Part shown: positions 37,461 to 49,160 of the stretch, one piece after another | Position numbering within the stretch: the first letter of the stretch is position 1 | How the letters are laid out: each line of letters opens with the position of its first letter | Source: Cenococcum geophilum | Taxonomy: Eukaryota | Reading direction: 5' to 3' | Length of the DNA: 64,000 nt | NCBI GenBank assembly: GCA_050273025.1 | Contig: CP158636.1 | Location: forward strand, 9,114,001 to 9,178,000 | Position numbers and translations under genes: made by a program | The notes under the pieces: generated by a model | Told to the model about the DNA's origin: nothing | The model's database searches: none | What the model saw: the letters and a program-made list of their open reading frames with translations, nothing else

Positions 37461-37646
37461 TATTAGATAATCTATATTCTCTATAGCGTAGGACGTATAC
37501 AAGTTACGTGTATAGGTCATGTGTATTATAAATATCTTCGTCTAAGCCCAGGGGCTCTAAGTTAATTACCCGATTAAGACACAATTAAGATTATCAATTA
37601 ATCAACCCATTTTATCAATAAATAGCTCTATATAAACTATCTAACA
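37461..37646 (+). repeat. 3' LTR of Copia D
   Basis: T(g)TTAGATAATC...CTATCTAACA. Homologous to 46456-46630 and 54015-54189. Confidence 0.9.
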
Positions 37647-37829
37647 GAACACCTCAGCCTAATTAGGACACGATAGAGTCAATTATATATTAATTTTGAG
37701 ATTTATTATAATGATTTAGAGCCTTAATTTATTAATTAAATTTATAGCTTTATTTCGCAAAGACTCGATTTATTCTAGAGACTCTAGTTAGTTCGCTTGT
37801 GCGTACGCCTTTCTTAATGGCGTATAGGA

Positions 37830-39625
37830 TAGGAGTATTATATAAAGGCAAAGAATAACACCAGCCTATAGTCCCTTAAAAACGGACTGCTTAAGTACTA
37901 AAAACGGCTAGTGGTAGTAGAGAAATAGAACTTATAAACTTAGCTTATTGCCAAAGCATATATATAGGTCTCTATAGCCCACCCTAAAAAGAATAAGACT
38001 TATAAGATTATTAGTAACCGTTACTACTAGCCTAAAATAGTTATAAATATCGACCGTTATATACAAAACTGCGACAGCTACTATAAATCTATAATTCTAT
38101 AAGATAAGACCCTAGGACTATTAAAACTACTTCTAATACTAGAACGCCCTTAGTAGTATATCTTTATAGACTTTTATAAGTTACCTATAAACCGTAACGG
38201 ATATAATATAGTTATAATCCTAGTTAACCGCTTTAGTAAGCGCCTATTCTTAATCCCCTATTATAAGAATATTAATGCTAAAGAGGCGGCCTAATTATAT
38301 ATCTACTACGTCTACTAAATCTACGGACTACTAGATACTATTATATCCAATTATAGCCCATAATTTATATTGGCTTTCTAGAATAAGTTTGCCTAGATCT
38401 TAAGCATTAAGCCAAAGCTTTTTATAGTATACTACCCCTAAATAAACGGTTAGACGGAGATTATAAATTAATACTTAGACTAGAAACTTTGGCCCTTTAT
38501 TAACTACTTCTAAAACAACTAAGCTAAACTACTACCCCTAATAGACTACGCCCAAGCAACCCTACCCCATAACTCTATAGGATTTGCCCCTATTTAACTA
38601 GAAATAGGCTACTTACCCTATATAAGCTTTAACTAGGAAAGACTAGAAGGACCCTAGACTATACGCGAAAAACTATTTTATAAGGAAGCCTAGTAGTACA
38701 CTAAGCGCTTAAAAGAAGTTTAGATAGTAGCCTATATAAATCTAGATAAGGCCTAGAAATTAATATAATAGTAAGCGAATAAGTATAGGCGAGAGCCTAA
38801 CTTTACCGTAAGAGATATAGTTTAGGTTATAATAAAGAACTAAAAGACGGAACGACCTAGCCGTAGCTAAACTATTAGATAGCAGGACTATATAAGGCCC
38901 TTAAGAAGATAGGTAACTTATATAAAGTAAAGCTCCCAGATTTAATTAAGGTTTACCCTATTTTCTCTCTAGATAAACTATAAAAAGCTATAAATAACCT
39001 CTTATCTAGATAAAAGAATAACTCTCCCCTACTAATTTAAGTTAATAGCGATAATAAATAAGAGATTAAAGAAGTATTGGCCTTTAAGCTTATAAGGGGA
39101 ACATTAAAATATCGCGTTAGCTAGAAAGGATATAACTTAGACCCTACTTAGTACCCTATATGGAACTTTATAAGTAGTCCCTATAAGCTTTAAAAGTTTT
39201 ATAGCCGTTACCCTAATAAACTCAGACCCTTAAAGTACCTTAATAAGTAAATAGAGAGCTAGAATGGCGAAGACAATAAGCTACCTATTAAGTATAAAGA
39301 TAAAAATACCCTATAGATATAATACAGATATATAAAGCCTAAGGGCAGGCTTTTTTAAAAGGGGTTAATGTTATAGCGCTGGTGGAAACTAGTAGATTAT
39401 GGCTAATAGATATTGGTAGATTATAGCGGATAATTATATATAGTTTTATATAGTTTTAAACCATTGCTATTACGTAACTAGAGGATTGTATATAACGTTA
39501 AGCGGCGCTACTTTCCGTCTCCTTTCCTTTCTTTAGCTTTAGATCCTCGTTTATAAACTACCATTTATATAGGCTTACGCGTCCCTCTTACTGTGCTTAT
39601 GCCTTAATTAACTAAGTTGCTAACA
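37830..39625 (+). mobile_element. Ty3/Gypsy fragment G: integrase, chromodomain and 3' LTR (39369-39625)
   Basis: De-RIP AHPGKNKT..IIGDRYYWP ~37975, YHPQTDGQTEI ~38430, chromodomain YRVSWKGYDSDPTWYP ~39110, PPT AAAAGGGG, LTR TGTTAT...GCTAACA. Confidence 0.88.
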
Positions 39626-40947
39626 CGCTAGACCTATGGTAGGACTAGCTATATAGCTAGCTGCTAGATTAACAGTAGGCTATATAGCTAGTACTATTGG
39701 AGTTATAGATTGCGCTAGGGCACTATAGGCCGTTTTTAGAGTACTTATAGTCTAGTTTAAAGAGTTTCTAGCTTTATACCGCTTAGCTTATACTTTAATT
39801 TAATAAAGGCCTTAGTTAATAACTACGTAGTAGTCTATAAGTACCTTTAGCGTCTATATAATAGTAAAAACTAGTAGTATAGCGCGCTATAGGTCTAGGG
39901 TAAGCTTATTAAAGAGGTCTAAATTTAGGTCTTTATAGGGAATTTTGGCTTAGCTAGCTAGGTCTAAAAAGTAGGTCTAAAAGGCTAAAAAGACCTCTGT
40001 TGTTTTTATATTTAGGCTTTTATAATTAAGGTAGGCGTTTTATACCTTAAAGGGGTCCTTTTAAATAGAAGATAGGTAGTTAATTATCTCTTTTCTAGAG
40101 AGAAAGGGGTCTATTAAGTCCTAGGCGTATCGTAGACGTAAATACGTCTATATATCCCCACTAGTACGGGCAAAGATATAGGCCATTTTAGCTTAAATAG
40201 TAAGGAAGTAGTCTGTATTAACTTTAAGCTTATCTTATAGTTAAAGCTTCTAATTATTATATATAGGGTTAGTTCCGTCTATAAGTAATAGGGGGTTTAT
40301 AACCTTCGCGGACTATAATAGTACTAATACTATATATTAGGCTAGGGCCTTAAGGACTATAGTAAGTCTCTAAGTATTTAATAACTTATTACTAAGTATA
40401 GAGGTATCTTTAGTTTTAAGTAGCTCTTAAAGGAGTTAAGAGTCCTAAAGCTGATTCGCCAGCTACTATATTTCTTAGTATAGTAGTAGGGGTATTAGAT
40501 AATTTCTAGTGGTTTTTTAGGGGTTTTAGTCCGTATAGGTCCTTTAGGTTACGTTATATATATCCTTTTAGTTCTATCCTATACTTAGGGTCCTATTCTG
40601 TTTTTATTATTCTAGTAATACCCTTTAGGTCCGTTTCTATATCTTTATCTTATTTATAGTCTATAAATATATTTAAGTTCCTTTTTAGGAAAAAGAGTAG
40701 ATAAGCTTTAGGTAATATTAGCAACTTAGTTAATTAAGGCATAAGTATAGCAAGAGAGAGGCGTAAGCTTATATAATTAGATTGTCTATAAATAAGGATC
40801 TAAAGCTAAAGAAAGGAAAGGAGAAGAAGAGTAGTATTACTTAATATTTTATATAATCCTTTAGTTATATAACTCCTACTATCTAGAGATATCTAAAGCT
40901 ATCTACGGTTATCTACTACAATTTACTATTTTCTACTATCGCCGCAA
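39626..40947 (-). mobile_element. Ty3/Gypsy fragment H: 5' LTR (~40716-40947) and gag, same family as A and G
   Basis: 39626-40490 aligns by eye to gag of A (2080-3040). 40716-40947 is the diverged reverse complement of LTR 39369-39625. Confidence 0.85.
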
Positions 40948-40949
40948 TT

Positions 40950-43052
40950 CTAGATCTAGATTTACCCTTAGAGGGTTTTAATATATTTATTAGTAGCTCT
41001 CTCCCATATAGCTTTTAAGAGCCTTACAATAGCTTTTTAATATCCTTTTTAGGGATTAGTATAGGGCTTCTAACTTTCTAAACTTAGGCCTAAGGAAGCT
41101 CCTGCTATAAAGATAATATTAGTACTAGTAACTAGTATAAGTTTCCTAGTAAGCCTTAGGTCTTAAGTTAATATTTAAGTTAAATTACCTAAAGAAGTGG
41201 GCCCACTTAGCTCGTAAGTAGTCTATATACCACTAATATACTAATTATTGGCCAATAGTCTTCTGGGAGGGTTCTAATTAGATCCCTAATTAGATATATT
41301 AGTATATTTCTCTAGTGTTCCTAACTTAGGGAAAGATCTTAGGGTTACCTTTAGCGCTTAACCTTCTAATTAGCCTAAGTAGGGCTAAAGGAGTTCTAGT
41401 TACTTTTTTGTACTATTATAGCAGTTATAAAGGGTGTTTATGTTTTCCTTAGCGTTGCTAGTAACCGTAGGTATATAAAAGGCTTTAAGATTTTAGCGTA
41501 TCTAGGTATTAGGGCTTGTTTAGCTATCTTACTTAAAGGTTTATATTATCGCAATTTCTTTCTATTAGAGCGACCTTTCTACCTTAATACGACGGCTTTC
41601 TATAGGGTATCAGTAGAGTGTCTATTTAGGCTATCGCGAGATTTTTAAAGGAGAAATAATAGATATAAATAAAAGATATAAACAAATAATCTAGTTCTTA
41701 GCTAGCTGCCCTTCTAAATAAAGTAGGACGGATTTAAATATAAGGTGACTTTATAGATAGGGGGCTATAAGGTATAATTATAGGAATAGATAGATTATAG
41801 AGGAGATAGATATTATAGACCTTATATTAGTAGTAGTTTCACTACTAAGAAAAGATATAAACAGGTTAGTTAAGATAGTATAGGAGGCGCTAGAACCGAT
41901 CGAGCTATAGGATAAAAGGTAACTAAGTTATATAGCTAGTTATATTAAAAGTTTAAAATATAAGAATATAGAAATATAGGAACGTAGAACGCACTAACGT
42001 TCTAATATACTTAGTATATTTCCTAGGCGCAGTACTATATATTTAAAGGACTATAGTCCCTACCTAAATAGTTCTCTTCTTTATAGTAAATTTTAGAATA
42101 TAATTAAAGTTAATCTATTAGGCAACCTACTCTACTAATTATATTTATATTATTAACTTTTTATTTACCTACACACCTAGCCTATTAATAAGTCTACCGT
42201 GATATTTCCTATAAGGCTTTATTATATATTTACTACCCAATTATAGTATTAATAAAGTTAAATAATATGCTACCTAAAGTAGCAGTTATAACACTATTAA
42301 TAATAGTAACTACCTTAGGAATAGAAGGGGATACTAGTATACGGGATAACGATTTGCAAGTAGTTATAATAAACTAACTTAGGAGTGTTGTAAAATAGAA
42401 CAACGCTAATAATATAGCACTATTTTAATAACTATAAGATATATAGGGGGGGAATATAAGCTTAAGGAATTCCTTATATAAATATAACTAAAGATTTAGT
42501 ATAAAAGATTTAAACTAATAAATATAAGTAACTAAGTAGCATATATAGGACTATTCTTAACGGGTTATATATTAGAGTAGTCTAAACCCTATTTTATGGA
42601 GATATAAGCTAATAGGTTAGCAACTACTAATTTAAAAGCGCGGTATATATTCTTAAGCTAGAATAGATTTGCTAATAGACTTATACAGATATATAGAGAT
42701 CTGGAATTAATAGTAACGGCTAAAGGGAAGCTATATTAACTTATATAGAAGGGATTAGTAATAGACTATATAATATAATTCTAGACCTTAGCGGCCTAAA
42801 CTAAGTAGAATTAAGGGGCGCTAATAGCATATTATAGGAGGCGGCTAAAGGCTAAAGTCTAAACTACTATAATACTAATTAAAGATCTAAGTAATATAAG
42901 GGAGTTAATTAAGTAAGCTATTAAAGTAGATAACCGGCTATATTAAAGCAATAAGTTTAGTAGAATACTATAAGGAAGACACTATAGTATAGCGCAGATC
43001 TAATAGACTTAAGTAGTACTAAAGAAATAAAATAATAGAAGAGAAAATTATA
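40950..43052 (+). mobile_element. Diverged relative of Gypsy C: 3' region, LTR (41811-42226) and start of gag
   Basis: 41811-42226 resembles the reverse complement of the C LTR. It is followed by TTACTACCCAATTATAGTATT and ATG 42267 (MLPKVA), matching C 18517-18560. Confidence 0.75.
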
Positions 43053-45570
43053 TATTATGGCACTGACCTAACGCATACTATTTTATACTATCTCGTACTA
43101 TCTCGTACTATTTCCTACTATTAGCCAGCCCACTACTAGCGCCTTAGCGGCTGGCCCTACTATTTATATATAATACCCCCTTTTACCTTCTTCTCCTCTT
43201 TATACCACAACGTAGTTATTTAGTCTACTTTATTATAGCACTATAACAGTTTGTAGTATCCTTAATTGCGCCCTATTACAACCTTTGTTTTTTCCTAGTC
43301 TATTATCTCTATTTTCCTAGCGTAATTATAACCTAGCGCGACTAATAACACTATACTATAGTCCCAAACAACCCTAGCATAGTTATAAACAATCTTAGTA
43401 CCACAGCTAGCCTTATAGACTTTAATTGGCTTATATAGATCCCTTAAAATAGACGACTATAATATAGATAATATCCCATCGGCGAATATACGCGAAGTAC
43501 TCGCCTGCCTTTTTAATACCTTCTATACCTATATTACCTAGGCAATTAAAAGTAGCCTAAAGTACCTTAAGAACCTTAACGTAGTAGGAACCTTTTAGCA
43601 CTTCTCTATATATACAACTTTCCTAACTAGCATTAAGAGCGGTCTCTAAGCCGTCTATAATAAAGGCTAAACTATAAAGTCCTAACTTAAAGAAGCTTAG
43701 CATAGAATTAACTCCCTTAAGATGCTTAAACTATGTATATAATAATACGAATAACAAGCCTTTATAAATACTTAGACTATATAAAGTCTAAGCCTTTAGA
43801 TTACCACACTTGCCCAAACTATTACCGACAAGAACACTACTACTAGCTCTTCTTTTCTAACTACGCCCCGTAGAAAAAAGCGTAAAGTAAAAAATCTAAC
43901 CGTATTTAATAGTAAGGGGTCACTAACTAAAAAGTAAGAAAAATTTAAAATATAGGAAATAAAGATCTAAGGCGTTTTCTAAAGGAATATAAAGTGCTTT
44001 AAAACCCTAATAGACGAAGTCCTCTATATATTAGACATGCTAATAGATAAGGCTTATAACTATATTAAGTATAGCCTTAATATACTACGTATATACCTAA
44101 ATAACTTAAGTAAATAGACCTTCTTTAACTAAAAGTCTATATTTATATATATAAGGAAGTACTATAAAACTATAGATATAATCTAAGCAGCTAAAAATAA
44201 GCTAGATACCTTAAGCTAAGGCGAGTATAATTACTGGTCCTGGAAAGCAGAGCTTAATAAGTTAATAATTAAAGCAAATAAGACTAAGGAATAAAAAGTA
44301 GATCTACTTAAGAATAATATTTCCTCTAAGATAAAGGACCTAGCTTTTACCCTTAGCTATAAAATTGGCGATGCTAACTATAAAGGCTAAAGTAAGTAGA
44401 TAGATGTATTCACTTATAACCTATAAAACTATACCTACTATACTAAGCTAAATACCGCTAAGCTAAGTACCGCCGGCGGCTATTAACCTATATTACTGTA
44501 GAATAACCTAATAAACCTTAACGCTATTAAGTTTAGCAGCGGTAATAATAGTCTCCCTAATAATATCTAAAGATATTATATAGAAAATAGACTTTATATA
44601 GCATGTAGTTAACCTAGCTATTAAAAAGATACTTATAACCCCTAGAAGAATCTAAATCCCCTTCTAATACTACCGCGCTAACCCCCTTTTAGCCACGGCG
44701 GATTCTTTAATAAAGGGGATAGTAATTAAGGCAGTAACTATAAATAAGGACGTAGGTTTAGACATAAAAACCTACCCCTATAATTCCCTTTCCTAATATA
44801 GCCTTAGCTAATAGTCCCGTACGTAAACTATGGATAAGTACTCTATACTACTACTAATTATAAAACTGGCTATATTATTAATAAAGTACCCTTTAGCATA
44901 TATACACCGCTAGAGACTAATTTATTAAAATATACTAGCTAAGACTATAGCCACTAACTAAACCCTATAATTTAGCCATTAAAGGGCTAACCCTTAGACT
45001 AAGTTGCCTTTAAGGGTTAGAACTATATTGGCAGGAGGATAAAAGGATTAGATTTATGCTACTAGATTAGTTAGACCTTATTCTAAGCTAGCTACTACTT
45101 AACCTTAGAATAATAAATAGCGATAGGAATACCATCCTTATTTAGACCTACCTCTTTTTACTATATAACTTACTCCTATAAGTTCTTATTAAAACAGTAA
45201 GCCTTATTAACACTAGTAGTATAGCACTAGCGTTTATAGATAAAGGCTCGCTTATAAAAAAGCATAATATTATAATAAAAAGACTTCTAGTTCTAAAACT
45301 ACTCTGCTTTACTAATAGACTCCTATTTAGGTTTATTACCTACTACTTTATAGTAATAATAATAATTAGCTACTATATAGAATCTATACTCTTCTACGTT
45401 ATAAAGTTATTACCCTCTATACTAGTAATTCTTAAAATGCCCTAGCTTAAAAAGCATAACCTAAGGGTAGACTTCCCCGCCCTAGAGCTTAAGTTTAACT
45501 CCAATTACTATACCTATAACTATCTTCTATAGTATATTTCTAACTATAACTGAGTTATACCTTGCGGCTA
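43053..45570 (+). mobile_element. Ty3/Gypsy fragment I: 5' LTR (43053-43248), gag and protease
   Basis: LTR T(g)TTATGGC...GCACTATAACA, zinc knuckle (C)IAC(GQ)P(GH) ~44595, protease LI(D)T(GG)..LAFID ~45200, IL(E)MP(W)LKKHN ~45430. Confidence 0.8.
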
Positions 45571-48500
45571 TATAACTATCTACTTAGGCTTTACCTAATA
45601 ATGCCCCCCCCCCTTTAAAAAGGGTTGTCCCCAATCCTTTATATACTTAAGCCTTAATAAAACCCTATAAAAAACCTTAGTAAGGAAAAAATTTAAAGGG
45701 GAAAAAGCGTCTTAATTTTGCGTATAGAGAGACAGGTAGTATATATGCGTGGCGCGAAGATATTAAGGAACTTCGACCGGCGGTTAAAGTTGTCTAATTA
45801 GTTAGATTTACCTTACTAAAACTCCCCTATATTTAGCCAAACTAGTAGCAATTTTATATACCTTATATAGAAAATCCTAATTAATCTATTTAACAGGTAG
45901 AGCTAATAGAGCTTAATACTATTGCCTAAATTCGGTAGACTAGAAATATTCTAAAAGCTTACTTATATAGGAAGGTCGCTAGTACCTTATGGGTTAGTTA
46001 TAGGTTATTTATATACAGCCAGATTTATAAACGGTAAGGCTATATACCTATTATACCCGCCGCTAACCCTACTTTAGCCTTACACTATACCGGCGTAGCG
46101 CCGTGTATACTTTGTGGGTAGGTTATAGGTTACTTATATACAGCCAGGTTTAAGACGGCAAGGCTATATACCCGTTAAATCCGCTACTAACCTATACTTT
46201 AGCCTTGCGCGTTATCTATATAGTATATACGTAGAATAGTATAAGTTATTAGTATAGGTTACCACTAGTGGGTTACTAATAGGTTATAAACTCTAGTTAT
46301 AAACGGGCCTATTCTCTAATATATAAGCAATTTGCTTAGCTAGCATAGAGTAACAAACTAGGTTTAGAAAGGGTGCTTTTTAAATTAAGCTTCGTTGCTA
46401 GTATATACCATAGCCTTACCTACAAGTTACTAGCATCACTAGGTTGCGTTAGAGTTGTTAGATAATCTGTATTCTCTGTGGCGTAGGACGTGCACAAGTC
46501 ACGTGCACGGGGCCCGTGCTTTGTAAATATCTTCATCTAAGCCTAGGGGCCCTAGGTCAAAACAACGATCAAGATCATCAATTAATCAACCCATTTCATC
46601 AATAAATAGCTCTATATGAGTTATCTAACAGTTATAAGCCCGGTCCGCCGACCCAAGAAGCTATTCAGCTAATACTCAATTATTTGAAGAGATTTTACCT
46701 TATCGTCAGACTCTGACACCTTATCATCAGGACGCAGACTCTGACAGAAATCCTACCTTAATTGTCACAGGACGAGGTTCCACGAGGTTCTACGAGATTT
46801 TATAAGATTCTACCTTAATCATTAAAGGACAATTCTGACGACAAGGACGATCCTAACGACCAGGATGATCCTAACGACAAAATACCATCTTAATTCCTCC
46901 TGTGCCTATTAGTTAAATAACTCTACCGTTAAGTTCGTTAACTACGATTATCCTTAATAAGCCAAAAGACTGGGAATAATGGCTATGGCAACTCCGAGCC
47001 CTCGTAGATTAGCAAATTTGGGCCCATATTAACCTAGCCACAGAAGCACCTTAAGAAGGTCTATTTGAAAAACCACCTTATCCAAAGGTTATAGATTTTA
47101 ATAAGAATGTAACCTTATATATATAGCTCTTAACGAATTAACAGAGGGCGTATAAGAATAGTAGATAATACTATAACTAAGATATAAAGTACTTCCTAAA
47201 ATAGGAAGAGTATTTGCAATAGATACGCACCTAAATTACGTCCACAGTATTAATTTAGAAGAAGCTACTACTTAACCCTTCCTTAACAGTTAAAGAATGG
47301 CTATCTTAACTAAAGGAGAATACCGAACCTACCTTATTATTTGTTAGGAAAAAGGTACAATACTAGTATACGGAAGCTCTTAAGGGGTTTAAATAGTTGT
47401 TAAAATTGAATTAATGGCTAGATTAATAGGAATATATAATAGTACTAGGAGAGAAGTATAAGATCCCTTAAATGTTAGAAGGAATCTAGCTTTAAGATTT
47501 GGCAGACGTTATTTAACCTTTTAGCGACGCCTACTATATAAAGTATACTACCGAGTTAAATGACCCTTAGAAGTTAAGATCTTCTAAATACCGCAGAGTA
47601 GTAAAGGAGCTGTAAGAAGGACTTATAAAACCCTTAAAGAAAGCTAATGCTACTATAAGGGGGAGTACCTTTAATGTAGACTTCGTAGAGTAAGCTATTA
47701 AGGATTACTCTGATACTACTAAAGGTTTATAAAGAGGAAAAGCCTTAGTATATAATAGACGCTTAAAGAGAGCCGGGATACTAATAGATAAGGAAACGTC
47801 CTATAAGAAGCTAACGCTTAAGTGCTTAGCGTGTGGAATACAAGGTCACTCCCTTAAGGACTATTAGTGTTTATTTAAAGATAAGAGACCTGCAGGAGTT
47901 ATAATAGGAGATACTTATATTAAAAGGGCACTAAAGAAGGTAGAAAAGAATAAGAATCTTACTAACTAAGTTATAAAGATTAGACTTAAAGAATAAGAAG
48001 ACGAGGCTTAATAACAATAGGACGAGAGCTAGGAGATAGTTAAGATTAAGGGAGAAGCTAATGCGATATTTTTAGAATCGTATTACGCCGGTTAACTCCA
48101 TCCACTAAAGCTATTGACTATTCTTAACTCAGGAATCACTCTCTATATCTTTAATGACCTCTTTTGTTTCTACAACTTTAGGAAAGCTCTAAGATATAAA
48201 TACGTCATCGCCGGCAGCTCAGAAGTGCCTATACTAGGCTACAGCGATATCACCGTCTAAGTTATAAAACTAGATAAGAGTAAGGGAAACCTACGTCTTA
48301 AGGATGTTGCCTTTTATATAGACTTTAATATAAATCTAGTGTTGTTCCGTCTACTTTAAAAATAAGGGTAGTACTAAAATAATAAAGGAGACAACAATCT
48401 TCTAGTTTAAAAGGATAATATAATCCTATGTTAAATGGAAGAATATTACGGATAACAGACTATTGAATACGTCTAATTAGGAAACTTAAAATCCGCATTT

Positions 48501-49160
48501 AATATTAGCCGTTTGACGCGCTGTTAACGGAAGCGGATATTGTTAAGAGACGTTCGTCTAGATTTAAAAGGTAATATACGCCTATGGCATCTGCGTCTAG
48601 GTTATTTAGGACCTATAAGCCTTTACTATTTAGGTCTTAACGCCCTAGGAGTTAAGCTTTAAGGCCTAAAGATAATGGAATATTAATACTGCAGTCTCGC
48701 TAAAATTAAGCGTTAGGTCTTAAGAAGGTTCTTAAAACAGAAAATTGATAAACCCTATTTTAACCTCTATATTGACTGGATTGACCTTAAGGAAGCGTAT
48801 GCTAGATTCGTATGAGTTATACTTATCCACGACACCTTCTTAGGAAGATCCTTCCTGTATTTTATGACGATATATAGCGAAGAAAAGGAGACACTATAAG
48901 TGCTTAAAGATTTTATCTAGTGGATTCGTCTAAGGTATAACCTTAAGGTTAATACTATTAGATCAGACAATGAGCTAGGGAGAAAGAAAACCCTTAAATG
49001 GCTATAGACATAAGGGATTATATTTAAGCCTTTGGCGCCATATACCTAAGCTTAAAACGGTACCGCCGAATACTTAGGGGGTGTAATTATTAAGAGAGCA
49101 TAAGTAATGAAAATTGCTGCTAATTTAATACACAATCTATGGAACGAGATAGTTAACTAC

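Larger units (their letters stand above)
10829..37646 (+). mobile_element. Ty1/Copia element D, split by nested insertions (own sequence: 10829-11010, 18989-19005, 20022-21626, 33964-37646)
   Basis: 5' LTR remnant 10829-10890 ends CTATCTAACA and is followed by GTTATAAGCC. Gag from ~20180, protease (D)SGTTL(H)IF ~21375, integrase ~34150-35100, RT FYVND(DD) ~36207, RNase H DA(S)F(A)DN..RKS ~36845, PPT AAGGGGG, 3' LTR 37461-37646. Colinear with element F. Confidence 0.9.

Noticed and set aside
45600..46455. Accessory ORF in the 3' region of Gypsy J
   Set aside because: I see only a ~125-bp direct duplication (~45990-46090 and ~46115-46215) and no convincing frame or motif.
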